From: a virus
Lineage: Duplodnaviria; Caudoviricetes
IMG/VR virus record: IMGVR_UViG_3300009786_000013
Coordinates: 1-60,365 of that record
Length of the DNA stretch: 60,365 nt
Strand: one strand, 5' to 3'
Shown here: positions 9,382 through 20,900 of the stretch, piece by piece
How positions within the stretch are numbered: position 1 is the first letter of the stretch
Layout of the letters: every line of letters starts with the position of its first letter
Position numbers and translations under genes: made by a program
Notes under the pieces: model-generated
Database searches by the model: none
Seen by the model: the letters and a program-made list of their open reading frames with translations, nothing else
Told to the model about the DNA's origin: nothing

Positions 9382-10017
9382 ATGTCACGAATCACTAAGC
9401 GGTCCGCTAAGGCCATCACCAATGACCTTGACCGACTCGCACAACTCTTCGAGAGCGCACACACTGAACTAGGCGTCCCTAAGAAGGTCGCCGCCGACTT
9501 CGCATACCGATGCGATCTCCTCTCCGACTATCTTGACAAGGCCGCTGGCGACGACGAGGACGCAGTCGAGGACATCGTCGATGGCGATGTCGAGAAGGTC
9601 ACTGAGGCTGACGAGCCCTACATGGCCGACAAGACCGAGCAGGACGAGCTCACTGAGCTCGGCGACATGGTCGAAAGTGGCGGCCTCGGCAAGGGTGCCA
9701 ACCTGAAGGCTCTGGCCGCGCAACTCATCCGCCTGGCAGACGAGGAAGCCGATGACGAAGAAGCGGATGATGAAGAAGCCGATGACGAAGAGGCTTCCAA
9801 GAAGTCCGCCAAGAAGTCCGACGACGACGACGACGACGACGCTGACGATGAGGAAGCCGATGAGGAAGCCGACGAGGAAGCATCCAAATCTGCCAAGCGT
9901 CTTGCCAAGCATCTGCTCCGCCTCCTGAAGGCCGGTGACGATGAGGGTGACGACGATGAGGCTGACGATGAGGAAGCTGACAAGGAAGCGAGTTTCGGCC
10001 ACGGGTACTCGCTTTAG
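9382..10017 (+). CDS. Acidic scaffold/internal head protein
   Basis: DEEAD repeats separated by KKSA/RLA/LKA motifs; located in the head operon. Confidence 0.7.
   Translation: MSRITKRSAKAITNDLDRLAQLFESAHTELGVPKKVAADFAYRCDLLSDYLDKAAGDDEDAVEDIVDGDVEKVTEADEPYMADKTEQDELTELGDMVESGGLGKGANLKALAAQLIRLADEEADDEEADDEEADDEEASKKSAKKSDDDDDDDADDEEADEEADEEASKSAKRLAKHLLRLLKAGDDEGDDDEADDEEADKEASFGHGYSL
9739..9990 (+). repeat. 15-nt coding tandem repeat (DEEAD)n
   Basis: GAYGARGARGCNGAY-type units; a similar array lies at 12725-12930. Confidence 0.85.
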
Positions 10018-10035
10018 CCGAGGGAGGAGTATCCT

Positions 10036-10521
10036 GTGAGTGCATACACTGACTATCAGACCAGGGCTACGGAGTTCTCTGTGGGGGATGTTGTGTTTCC
10101 CTATGAGGCAGGCTCCGACAAGTCGGGGACGATTGTGTCCGTGTATCCCGCCATCGGGATGGTTGATGTGCAGTTTCCCAACGGCAGCAAGCGGTATCCA
10201 GTCGAAGACCTCCAGAGGGCCGATGGCCCTCGTCCGTCTGAATATGACTCCGTGCCCGGTGGGGCTGGATCCGTGAGCTTGCCGGGAGGCCCCTCCTCCG
10301 AGAAAGTCGCCTTGTACTGGGCCGTGAAGGATCGTGGCTACCATGCCACCAAGGCGGAGTGTCCGTCGGGTCCCTACTCGTGCCCCAAGTGCAAGGAGAC
10401 TCCCCTCAAGAAGGCCATCTACAAGAGGCGCGAAGGGGCCAGCGAGCATCTGTTCGCTTGTCCTGGGTGCATGTTCCTCATCAAGAATCTGGACATCCAC
10501 CACCATAGTGAGGGCATGTAG
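10036..10521 (+). CDS. SH3-like plus zinc-ribbon protein
   Basis: FSVGDVVF...GTIVSV...VDVQF...YPVEDL; CPKC...CPGC. Confidence 0.6.
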   Translation: MSAYTDYQTRATEFSVGDVVFPYEAGSDKSGTIVSVYPAIGMVDVQFPNGSKRYPVEDLQRADGPRPSEYDSVPGGAGSVSLPGGPSSEKVALYWAVKDRGYHATKAECPSGPYSCPKCKETPLKKAIYKRREGASEHLFACPGCMFLIKNLDIHHHSEGM

Positions 10522-10523
10522 AC

Positions 10524-11921
10524 ATGGCTTTCATGAAACACGCCTACGCACATGTGGTGTCCCCGAAGTTCGATGACCGGGGCTGGGGGCGCATCCGTAC
10601 CGCATCGGGGTCGCCAGCAGCAGCAGTCACCGAACAGGCTACCGAGATCCTCGGAAAGTCATTCAACCCCGAAGAATACCTGCTCACACACGCAACCATC
10701 GTGTGCTCCGTGGACGCCGTTGAAGTTCCAGGGGTCAAGACGGGGGCCGTTGAGGAGGATGGGCAGAAGGTTGTCCGTACCTACACGGATTACCGAATCG
10801 CAGCTTCCTGCGACAAGTTCATCAACAACAACATGGATGCCTGGTCCAGGGATGTGCTGGTCAAGAGCTACAGGACCTTCATCGGAGCTCACAACTTTGT
10901 CGAGCACGTCCAGATCGAGGAACTCTCTAAGGGGCGCATCGTCGATGCCGTCGCCCGGGACATCGGGGACAGCATCTACATCGACATCCTGATCGCCACC
11001 GACCGTAGGCACGCCGACCTGGTGGCCGCCATTGAGTCGGGAGAGATGAGCACCATGTCCATGGGTTGCTCTGTTGACTTCACCATCTGCACCAAGTGTG
11101 GGCACGTTGCGGCCGACGAGACCGAGATGTGCAAGCATGTGAAGTACGAGAAGGGCAACTTCTTCCACGACGACCAGGGCCAGAAGCACAGGGTTGCCGA
11201 GCTGTGCGGTCACTCCGCCCTCGACCCCACTGGCGGCGTACAGTTTATTGAGGCGTCCTGGGTGGCTACACCGGCCTTTACCGGTGCTGTGATGAGGAAC
11301 ATCATCAAGCCGCAGGAGATGAGCGCAAGGGCCGCCAAGCAGGCCGAGAAGGTGCTCTCCACCCCTCCCGACGCATGGGTGGATCCTTTGGGATTGTCCA
11401 AAGCCGCCCGCATCGAGGCCGGATGGGGAGGAGATGATGAGGATGAGGCTCCCGCAGCTCCCGCAGCTCCCGCAAAGGGACCCTTCGATGATCTCGAGGA
11501 TGAGATCGTGGCAAAGATTCTTGAGAGAGCTCAAACTCGTCTCCAGAAGGATCTCGCCAAAGGGGATGCCGAGGTAGCCCTCTCTCCAGAGAACTCAACC
11601 TCAGCCCCCAATGACAACATAGTCAAGGAGGGGTTGAGCAAGCAGGCATACCTTTCCGGGTTGGGAGCCCTCGTGACCACATCGTCTAGCGATGCTGATC
11701 TGGTCAACCGGGTGGCAACTTTCAATGAGTCCGCAGGGATTAGCATCTCTGTTGGTATTTACCGTGCCGCCCTTTATGCGGGGCACACGGGTCAATATAG
11801 TGATTTCAAGGGGTTTCTTGGTGCTTGTGAGAATGCACTGGGTAGAAGGCCTACAACCGCTGAGTCTATGACATTGATCCGTCTGGGCCGGCTAATCTCG
11901 CAACGTACGGATCATCAATAA
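10524..11921 (+). CDS. Prohead maturation protease (HK97/herpes-like serine protease with Cys/His-rich insert)
   Basis: FVEH...KGRIVDA, SMGC, ICTKCG...CKH, FIEASWV..PAF.GA; lies between portal and capsid genes. Confidence 0.8.
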   Translation: MAFMKHAYAHVVSPKFDDRGWGRIRTASGSPAAAVTEQATEILGKSFNPEEYLLTHATIVCSVDAVEVPGVKTGAVEEDGQKVVRTYTDYRIAASCDKFINNNMDAWSRDVLVKSYRTFIGAHNFVEHVQIEELSKGRIVDAVARDIGDSIYIDILIATDRRHADLVAAIESGEMSTMSMGCSVDFTICTKCGHVAADETEMCKHVKYEKGNFFHDDQGQKHRVAELCGHSALDPTGGVQFIEASWVATPAFTGAVMRNIIKPQEMSARAAKQAEKVLSTPPDAWVDPLGLSKAARIEAGWGGDDEDEAPAAPAAPAKGPFDDLEDEIVAKILERAQTRLQKDLAKGDAEVALSPENSTSAPNDNIVKEGLSKQAYLSGLGALVTTSSSDADLVNRVATFNESAGISISVGIYRAALYAGHTGQYSDFKGFLGACENALGRRPTTAESMTLIRLGRLISQRTDHQ

Positions 11922-11950
11922 CCCGGCGGAAGCCGCAGAGGAGCAAGACC

Positions 11951-13096
11951 ATGGCACGTGTACGAATGACACAACGGGGCCGCCGAGCGGCCAACCCACC
12001 CGCAAACCCGAGGGAGACCCCGGACCACCCCGCTTTCGAGCCGGATCCAGAAGTGGGGGACTACGGCATGAGCAGCGACTTCGCTGCAGAGCCTACTACG
12101 GGCCCATATCCGAACTCGGCACATCCCGCGACACCTGATGAGGGACCGTCCGACCATCCTGCAGCCAAGAAGGCAGCACGTGCCAAGTCAGCGCGTCAGC
12201 GCCGACGCGCAGCAGAGCGCAAGGCAGCCAAGTGCATCCGCATCGCTCAGTCCATGCTCGGCCCCGTCGCCACCACGGCGCAGGTTGAAGACCAGGCGGT
12301 CGACCTTATGGATCTGTCGGACAAGGCCATCAACACGGCCCTCCGTCGTCTGTCCAACTCGTTCCTGTCCGAGGATCAGAATGATCCGGGCGCGGACACC
12401 CTGGCCCCTGAAGGCGAGCCTGTCATCCAGTTGGATCCCGTGGCTGAAATGCCGCTGATGTCCGACCACGACATTGAGGCTGAGGAGCTTCTGGCCCTGA
12501 TGCTCGCAGAAGAGGCACCTGAGGCACCCGCTGTACCCGCAGCACCTGCCATGGAATCGCCGATGCCCGCTATGATGGAAGAGCCGATGGCTGACGAAGT
12601 CCCCATTCAGGCAGTTGGGGATGTTGTCCTTTCGCCTATGGGCGAGGATCCCATGGGTCTGGATGCCGCTCCCGCAACCGACGACATTCTCGCGGAGCTG
12701 TTCGGAGGCGGGCACATGGCCGCTGACGAGGAAGCGGATGACGAGGAAGCGGATGACGAGGAAGCTGACGATGAGGAAGCATCCAAGTCCGCAGCCGACG
12801 AGGAAGCTGACGACGAGGAAGCTGACGACGAGGAAGCATCCAAGAAGTCTGCCAAGAAGGGCGACGACGAGGAAGCTGATGAGGAAGAGGCTGACGACGA
12901 GGAAGCTGATGAGGAAGAGGCTTCCAAGAAGTCCGCACGCAAGGCTGCCTCGAAGCAGCGTCCCCGAGGTCGCAAGGCCAGCAAGGGTGCAAAGACCCTC
13001 GGTGCCGTGACCAAGGCCGCAGCCAAGAGTGAGATCAGTGATCTCAGCAAGCTGTGGGAAACTGCCCCTGACGTCAGTGACGTCTTCGGCGTGTAG
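11951..13096 (+). CDS. Capsid scaffolding protein
   Basis: Low-complexity acidic protein with many K/R-x-A sites; between protease and capsid genes. Confidence 0.7.
   Translation: MARVRMTQRGRRAANPPANPRETPDHPAFEPDPEVGDYGMSSDFAAEPTTGPYPNSAHPATPDEGPSDHPAAKKAARAKSARQRRRAAERKAAKCIRIAQSMLGPVATTAQVEDQAVDLMDLSDKAINTALRRLSNSFLSEDQNDPGADTLAPEGEPVIQLDPVAEMPLMSDHDIEAEELLALMLAEEAPEAPAVPAAPAMESPMPAMMEEPMADEVPIQAVGDVVLSPMGEDPMGLDAAPATDDILAELFGGGHMAADEEADDEEADDEEADDEEASKSAADEEADDEEADDEEASKKSAKKGDDEEADEEEADDEEADEEEASKKSARKAASKQRPRGRKASKGAKTLGAVTKAAAKSEISDLSKLWETAPDVSDVFGV
12725..12930 (+). repeat. 15-nt coding tandem repeat (DEEAD)n
   Basis: gacgaggaagcggat-type units. Confidence 0.85.
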
Positions 13097-13104
13097 CGAC
13101 CCCC

Positions 13105-13146
13105 GAAGTCCCCCGGTCGGCCCCGTCCGTCCGGGGGACTTTCGTT
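13105..13146 (+). terminator. Intrinsic terminator-like hairpin
   Basis: AAGTCCCCCGG / CCGGGGGACTT stem followed by a short T-rich tail. Confidence 0.6.
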
Positions 13147-13178
13147 AGTCCGCCTATGAAGGACACCAATAGAGTAGG
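13143..13178 (+). promoter_or_regulatory. Putative late promoter motif CGTT-N7-CTAT...GTAGG
   Basis: Directly after the hairpin, upstream of the capsid operon. Confidence 0.6.
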
Positions 13179-13270
13179 GACGGCCCGTCCCATGAAGGGC
13201 ACGGTCTGGTTTTCAGACCACAACAACCCACCTCCCCTAACAGGGAGCACTGCCTTTAGGAGATTTTATC

Positions 13271-13888
13271 ATGGCACTGCTTGGACAGGCGAGTGGTGGA
13301 TTTACTGAGAGTAGCTCGGCGCTACGCATTCTTCACGTCGGTATTCGTAATACCGTCGGAGTGCTTACCGACGACGCCTTCACTCAGGTCAATCCCCCCA
13401 TCATTACTACCAACGTTTCCGACCAGGTCGATACGACCGTGCTCGGTGTCCTTTCGGGCTCCGTCGCGTTCACTCGTCCGGACGAGGGAAGCAACTACAT
13501 TGGAGGTCCCATCGCGGGCAACAGTGGCGTTCGACCCCTCGGCGTCTTCATCAACACCGCCAACGGCAACTCGTACGAGAACACGCCCGGCACCAGCTCC
13601 GGTAAGGGACCCTACGTCTCCGCCCAGGGTTGCTACGCCAACAACCTGTTCGAGACGGCCAACATCGTTGACGCCGGCGCGTTGACCTACGCAACGGGTG
13701 ACCCCCTGCTCGCCAGCAGGAACGGCTACCTTACCAATGCTACAGCAGCGAACGACTCGCATGAGAGGCAGAACACTGCCGCTCTCAGTGAGCTCCTCGT
13801 TGCCGAAGCCTCTTCCACCCTCATCGGGATCCTCAAGATGCCTGCTGACGCAACCCAAGACGAAATCGTCTACGACCAGCGGGTCTGA
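13271..13888 (+). CDS. Head decoration/cement protein
   Basis: Immediately before the major capsid gene; RPLGVF, SGKGPYV, TYATGDPLLAS.NGYLTN. Confidence 0.7.
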   Translation: MALLGQASGGFTESSSALRILHVGIRNTVGVLTDDAFTQVNPPIITTNVSDQVDTTVLGVLSGSVAFTRPDEGSNYIGGPIAGNSGVRPLGVFINTANGNSYENTPGTSSGKGPYVSAQGCYANNLFETANIVDAGALTYATGDPLLASRNGYLTNATAANDSHERQNTAALSELLVAEASSTLIGILKMPADATQDEIVYDQRV

Positions 13889-13898
13889 GGAGAACATC

Positions 13899-14774
13899 AT
13901 GAGCAACGTATCAAATGCAGTGAAGCAAAAGATCATCTCCGAGTACATCAAGACCCCACAGGGTCGTGCCAAGCTCGCAGCCTCGATGACCCAACCGCTT
14001 CGTACCCGTCGGGACTACACCTCCGTTGGCCGCAAGACCTTTTTGGTCGAGCAGCTTCCGGACGGCGCCCTTCCGATCTACGACAAAGACCCTGATGTGA
14101 CGGCGTACGTCGTCGGCGAGGAAGGCCAGAACATTCTGGCTGTCACCAAGCCGCGTCGTGTGATCTTTCCGCTGTTCGAGATTGCCTCGAACCCGGAGAT
14201 CCCGCTGACCCAGATCAAGGAGCGCAGGTTCGACCTCATCGAGCGTGCCCAGGATCTTGCCCGTGCGCAGATTCAGGCCGCCGAGGACGAGCGTGTGTTC
14301 GCTGTTCTGGACAGTATCGCCGCCGTTGGTTTCGACAGCATCGCAGGTGGAACGAACGCCGACATTCCAGTCGTCGCTCCGATCACCGGCGCAGTGCTGG
14401 CCGACGCCTTCTCCCTCGTGGAGCGCCACGACCTTCGGGTCGCCCGGATCTTCATGAACGCCCGCGATTACGCTGATTTGCGTAAGTTCGGTCGGGACAT
14501 CCTGGACATTGAGTCTCAGGCTGCCCTTCTGAAGACGGGTCTCATGGGAACCCTCTGGGGTGCTCAAGTCATCGTCAGTCGTCTCGTGCCGGTCGGCACG
14601 GTGTACGTCTGCTGTGAGCCGGAAATGTTTGGTCGGATTCCTGTCCGTACCGAGCTGACTGTCCTCTCCGCAGACGACCCGAAGGCCCGCACCATCGGCT
14701 TCTCGGTGTTCGAGAACCTTGGCATCGGTGCCTACAACCCCCGCGGCCTCGCCCGTCTGAGCATCACCCGCTAA
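13899..14774 (+). CDS. Major capsid protein (HK97 fold, encapsulin/Linocin_M18-like, about 291 aa)
   Basis: Start MSNVSNAVK after SD GAGGAG; GRAKLAASM..PLR.RRDY..VGRK, AAEDERVF, GTLWGAQVIVS, GFSVFENLGIG; followed by a strong terminator. Confidence 0.85.
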   Translation: MSNVSNAVKQKIISEYIKTPQGRAKLAASMTQPLRTRRDYTSVGRKTFLVEQLPDGALPIYDKDPDVTAYVVGEEGQNILAVTKPRRVIFPLFEIASNPEIPLTQIKERRFDLIERAQDLARAQIQAAEDERVFAVLDSIAAVGFDSIAGGTNADIPVVAPITGAVLADAFSLVERHDLRVARIFMNARDYADLRKFGRDILDIESQAALLKTGLMGTLWGAQVIVSRLVPVGTVYVCCEPEMFGRIPVRTELTVLSADDPKARTIGFSVFENLGIGAYNPRGLARLSITR

Positions 14775-14817
14775 CGGTGATGTGAAGCGGACCCGGTTAT
14801 CTGGGTAGAACCGTACT

Positions 14818-14862
14818 GAAGCCCCCTTCCTGCCTCGGCAGGTTGGGGGCTTCTTCTATTTT
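14818..14862 (+). terminator. Rho-independent terminator
   Basis: GAAGCCCCC..CCTGCC/GGCAGG..GGGGGCTTC stem followed by TTCTATTTT. Confidence 0.85.
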
Positions 14863-14883
14863 GGGGGCCCCCCATCCATCCGT

Positions 14884-14914
14884 CGGTTTATACCCGATAG
14901 CTGTCCCCGTGTAG
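14884..14914 (+). promoter_or_regulatory. Variant late promoter motif CGGT-N7-CGAT-N12-GTAG
   Basis: One mismatch to consensus; after the terminator and before 14954. Confidence 0.45.
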
Positions 14915-14953
14915 AGATGGGGTTCGCACTCGGAACCTGACTGGAGGACGGCC

Positions 14954-17900
14954 GTGGCAAAGAATGATGTGTATAACTCGAACTTCGGGGCACCTACCTT
15001 CGAGTCTCTGACCCGGGGAGTTGGCAAGGTGGGGGTCGATGCGGATTACCGCAACGACGGCCCCGACTATGATGATGCCCCGCAGATCACCTTCTACGGC
15101 AACGTAGTCCCGCCGGACATCGACCAGCCCGACACGGTGTCTCCCGCACTTGAGCTCCTCGACCCCGTCCCAGATACCTATTTAGGCCTCGGTGCGGGTG
15201 CCGGTTCCGAGCTGGTTTTCCTCGCTACCTTCAACGAGCAACTCCTGAACTTCGAGATCCTTGGCAACTGGGCCCTTTCTGGCCCCGGCTCCACGGGCAT
15301 GTCCATGAGCTCCGTGGTCCTCTCCTCTGGACCTACCGCCGAGGGCAAGTGGGTCTATGGGGTCTATGCGAGTCATGGATCCCTCACTGAAGGTATCCTG
15401 ACTCTGGCCATCAACCCAGGCTCCGCAAACTCAGCAACCACAATCCGGGATGCCTTCGGAAACGCTGTGGCTTCCGAGACATTCGACTGGTTCATCGACC
15501 TGACCCGCCCTCGGGTGGATGCCATGACCCCAGACCCGGATACGCAACCTCTCTTGATACTTGGCAACAACTGGGGCGACGGCTCATCTCTTGTCTGGTT
15601 CGACCTGACTTGGAATGAGTACATCCCCAACAATACGGCGGACAACACCGCCCGCTACACCATGCATCTCAAGGATGGCGGTGGGAACACCCTCGCATCC
15701 GCGGCCCCTATCACGGCGTACCCACTCTCCAGCAACATCCCCTCCTTCTCGGGCGACGGGGACATGGTCACGCGAGTGAAGTTCACCCAGCCGAGTACGT
15801 CCTTGCTGAATCAGACGGCCTCTGTCGAGCTCGTCCTCAATCAAGTCAATATGATCCTGGACCGTGCCGGTAACGACATGCTCGCCGAGGGCACCACCTA
15901 TGTGTGGTCCGTGGACACGCAGGCCCCGACTTGGACCAGAGCAGATCCGACTTGCACCACCGTCACCCCTCCCATTCAACTCTCCCCCGGTGTAGTTGTC
16001 GGGCCCGAGTTCACTGAGGTGGAGTTCGATGAGTTCTTTGAGTCGGTGGACGGTCAAGGCCCCATCTACGATCCCGCCAACTGGATCATAGATGGGATGG
16101 CTGCCAACAGCCCCCAGGCCGTGAGTGTGGCCAGCGTGGTACGCACCACCAGTTTCGGTGCTTCTCCGTCCAGGTATAAAGCCAACTTCGTTTCAAGCAG
16201 TGGTATCGCGTCTAATGAGACGGGTCCCATGACCGTGACTCTGACCAATGTGGCGGACATTTCTGGGAACGCATTTGTTGGGGCCCCCCTCTCTTTCACT
16301 CACCACAGGGTGATTGATGACAATGGTTCGGACTTGGGCGCGCAGTACCCCACTGCCACCTACACCCCCTCGGGGACCGCACCCCCCGGATGGAATGGTG
16401 CTATCCAAGTGGATTTCGTGGGCGTTGTTCAGCCGATGACAGTTGCCAGAGCGGCAGCCGCATGGGATCTCGATCTTCCCGCCGGCGTTGCCTTTTCGAG
16501 GGTGGATCAAGTCACAGGGGCCCACGGGGTTACCGCACACCAGATCCATTTCACTTGGTCTGGCTTCTCCGGTGTTGGGACTGTCAAAGTCAAACCCGCA
16601 GGTCTGAATCTGGCTTGGGACGCCCAAGGACCGGAAGGCGTTCGGGCCAAAGTCGGATGTGCTGGAGCTGGTGGTCGACCCCTTTCGTATGCCGCACAGA
16701 GCTGGGTAGATCCAGCCACTTACTGGCACGAGGTCATCATTGACACCACGGGGCCCTCCATCTTGTCTTGGTCACCCTCTGCGGGGGTCACCGCTGCCGC
16801 TTCATTCGGGTCGTCAATCACTGTGACGTTCGACAAGCCCATCCAAGAGACCGTCTCTGTGTCGATTGCTCCCAATATCGCCAGTGGATCCTCCATCATT
16901 GTAGGGGCGGTTGCTTACCCTTCAGCGACTACACTTACGATCCCCTTGAGCACCTTCACTGTTGAAGCGGGGGATGCTTTCATCATCACCCTTGCGAACG
17001 TGCAGGATCTCAACGGGAGCTCACTTGAGGGATCCAACTCAGCAGCATGGACCCTCGCGGACACCGACTCTCCTTACATTATGAGTACGTTGTCGATCAT
17101 GTCCACCGTGGACGCAAACGGGGATGTGGAGAGTCCCTGGGGGCACAGCGCCTCCTGGGATCTGGATTTCACCTCGATCCCAACGAATGACTATCTTGGT
17201 GTTCAAGGTGTCGTGATCGGTTGGAATGAACCCACCGTCGGCTTTCAGTCCACTGGAAGTGGGACCTTCGCGCCTAGCAACTGGGAAGTCACGATGGGCG
17301 CCAACGGCGACGCGTTCCCCAGTGACTGCATCGTTGAGATTATCGCAGCGGATAGCACACTGGGGACTCCTGACGGCCTGTGGGATCAGTCTGGGAACCC
17401 TGCGCTCCAAACTCAGGGCCACACCCTCAGCCAGGTGATGTTCCTTCATTGTGTGGATCAGGCAGGTGCTCCTCGGATCATCACGGCAGCGGTGGCCGCC
17501 GCAGGTGTCCGTATCAAGCCCCTCACTGGGATCGTCGATATTGCCGGCAACAACGTCGTTGCGGGTCATGCGCCTATCCTTCTTTCCTGCACAGCTCCCG
17601 AGGTCGCGCCTACCGCGGCGGTGCTTAGTGGGAGTTTGGATGCCGGCGGATCGGATTCGGTGGACTTGCAGTTCACAGATTCGGATAACCCACAGGTGGC
17701 TCATCACTACAAAATGTTCACGAGCACCGATGGTGGGTCATCATGGGTTTTTGGTGAGACCCACTATGCCCCCAGCTCGAGCACGGCGGGCAGCTTGGGG
17801 TGGAGTACCCCGTACTCCTTCAAGATCATTTCCTACAACTCTTCAGAGTCCCTTGCTATCGACAGCAACGTGGTCGCTGTCACCACTCCTGTTGAACCCT

Positions 17901-20900
17901 CGGTGTATTATTCGCCGGGTGCCCTCTCCTCTAAAGCCCAACCTCTCTCCCCTGAGAACTATGGGGGCAGTGGTTACCTTCCGGACTCCGCTTTCGATGC
18001 TTCCGGCAACCTTATTACACCCCTCACCATCTCGGATCTCGAAGGTATTGGATCTCCTAGTAACGATGCCTACGGCAGTAATGCTGTGACGCTCCGTCCC
18101 GACGGTGACGGTCGATGGATCTTTGTTCTGGGTGTAGTCCAGAGTCCCGCCGAGATTTCAGCGGGAGGCAGTCTGACAGGATCTGCGACTGGAACCGATG
18201 CGGAGCTCTACAACGGGTGGTCACTGGCCTCACATGTCGAATACACCTACTTTGACCTCGACGATGTCAACGATGTCGACGGGTTCATGATCAACTCCGG
18301 TACGGGTGCTTTACTACCCAACCGTCCAGTGCATACCGTCGCACTCACCAAGGGCGCTCAAAACGGCCTGGGGACGAGTGCGAAGCTCGGCTACCTGGTG
18401 TTCCCGAACACCGATTCGGAGGACGACTGGAACAACGTGTTTACGGATTCTGTGTCCAACTTCGGATCCGCTTCCGCAGGGAACGACAGGTTCTCGTGGC
18501 TCCCCCCACTCGCTCCTTCCACACGGTATGTCGTGGCTTTCAGGACCGTTCACATGGACGGTGCCGCTGCTGGAGCTGCGCAGTATGGCGATTGGATGAT
18601 CTTCACGGGAGCGGGGAACTCCGGAGTTTCCGCTGTTGATTATGCAGGGTCGGGGTGGTCGAACCACATCGACATCATCGCCGGCAACGGAGCCTTCGAC
18701 GGGGCCCTCGAAGGGGCCGACGGGAGGCTGGTAACTCTGGCACCCTATCTACCCGAACACCCTGCAGTAGATGCCCCCGTCCTCGAGATCGAGGACGCAG
18801 TGACCTTGAAGGTGTCGTGGCCTCATGCCCCAGTTACCAGCAAGATGGGTCTGGTCCCCGACAACGACACAGATTTCTTTAGGGCCGAGTTGTTCAAAGA
18901 TGGGGTACTCGCTGTGGCATCCGATGTTACTTTCCATGGTCCAGGCCATGCAAGTCCTACGGGAGCTGTGGTGGAGCAGTTTTTCGGCCTCGGGGCCGCA
19001 CTCTCCGAGAGTCATACATGGCAAGCTCGTGTGTCCGTCCGCAACTTTGCAGGTGTCCTTTCAGTAGCCACCTCCGCAGTACAGGCATCCGGTCTCGGTG
19101 GCATGTCCAACCAGGTGGTCACCACGGAGGTGTACACTAGCACTCCGTTTTACGTGGGCATTACAGCGCACAGCATCGGTGGCTCCCCCGTTTCTGTTGG
19201 CAGTGCGAATGGCACATCGGCAGTTCAGGACTCCGCCTTTGATGGGGTCATCCGGTTCACCTTCTACAACGATTGGGACAACAGCTCCCCGACCACGATG
19301 CCCAGCTTCCCTGCGGGCGTTGCATGGGGTGATTGCTACACCGTGAGGGTTGCCGACGATGTCCTCGGAGTAGATGGTAACTCTGGCAGCGAGACCTCTG
19401 TGACTTGGCGACCCCTGACCTCAGGAGAGATCGGATCCGTGGGGTTTGTGCAGGACGCTTGGTATCACCAGTTCGACTTTTCGGCCCTCAAGCAGCACGG
19501 TCGCTGGATTCAGATCGTCATCCACGGTGAGAATGGGGTTGTCGCCCTTCCAGAGGGCGCAGGGGCATCACCCCACATTATGCTCCCCGCCACCCTGCCC
19601 GATTCGCCGAACTGGGTGGGTGAGGCCGCCGGCGCAGGTTCACGTCACTGCGAGGAGGCCGCTGTAGGGACTGGGACCGATGCCAATACACACTACATCG
19701 GTGAACACTGGTACAACATCGTCTGGCACACCAACGGCCCCGTTGTCTTGGACCCTGGGTTCACTAGTTCGGGTTCTCCATCGGGCTATCAAGGTGCCGC
19801 CGTGTTCCGTCATGTGTGGCACGCCGAAGATGCCACTCTCCAGTCGACGATGGGAGTGAACTCCAGTGCTGCATCCCAGGGTTGGGTTATGGCTAAGAGC
19901 TATGCCCATGGAAATGCCGTCCCAGAGTGGGGTTGGTTCCGGGGTTATGACCAGCATGATCATAAGAACTGGTACGACGAAGTTGCCTTTGGCTACCCAG
20001 TCTCGAATGCTACCTGGGGGGCCATTGAGGATCCCAGCAAAACACCTAGCTGGGGAAAGACCTCTGGGTGGGGGGCTCAGGGAAGTAATGCGGTTGCTGC
20101 CAATATCGTCATGAGTTTCTGGGCTGTTACGGACTATCCTCTTGTATCTGGCCCCTACCAGAGTGAGCAACGGATGGTCTACGGGATGGGAACCACAGCC
20201 CTCACCCCTTATTATTACGAGGGTGAAGTGTTCGTGGAGGACAGTGGCGGCAACCTGGTCACAGCTCGCTCTCAAGGGTGGCTACTCGAGGCACATGGCT
20301 TTGTCCATGGAGGCACCCATGCAGGGCGCGGGATCCTTCAGGTTATTGTTACCGATGCGGGGGGTGCAAGTAGCTCGCCCTTGTGGGATTCAAATCTTGC
20401 AGGTGTCTCCCCACCTCTCAAGATCTCCATCTTCGATGTGAAGAGTTCATTCAACAACACGACTTCCCAGTTCCAGTTCTTGGACTTCCGGGTGGTGGAT
20501 CTTCAGCGGGCTTCACTCACGGCTTCGGGCAACACCTTCCCGTGGACCAGTCCCGCCAACCCATCTGATTGGAAGTCACAGGTCGCTTGCACCCTTACCT
20601 TCGCACAAGGTTCCGGAACCTACACCCCTTACTGGACTCACCTGGGGGACAGCACCTACTCGAATGGGGTCACCACCCAGACTATCAGCAACAGCGTCTT
20701 GATGGCGGACAACGCGGTCATCGCTGTTTGGACGGCAGCCGCAACGACTCCTTATGTTGGCATGCATGCCGGCTGGACTTTTGTAGATGCTACGAGCTCG
20801 TCTCCCGCCCACCGCAAGATCGTTACGGGGTCCACGGTGTTGTACTACGAGATCGAATCAGGACTCTACTGGAGCGACACCCATTGGGATCACAGCAAGG

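Noticed and set aside
9739-12930. Tandem repeats as a CRISPR array
   Set aside because: 15-nt in-frame coding repeats with synonymous variation, no unique spacers and no cas genes
13698-13898. ORF-track N-terminal extension of the capsid protein
   Set aside because: Overlaps the decoration gene; SD and protein pattern support ATG 13899
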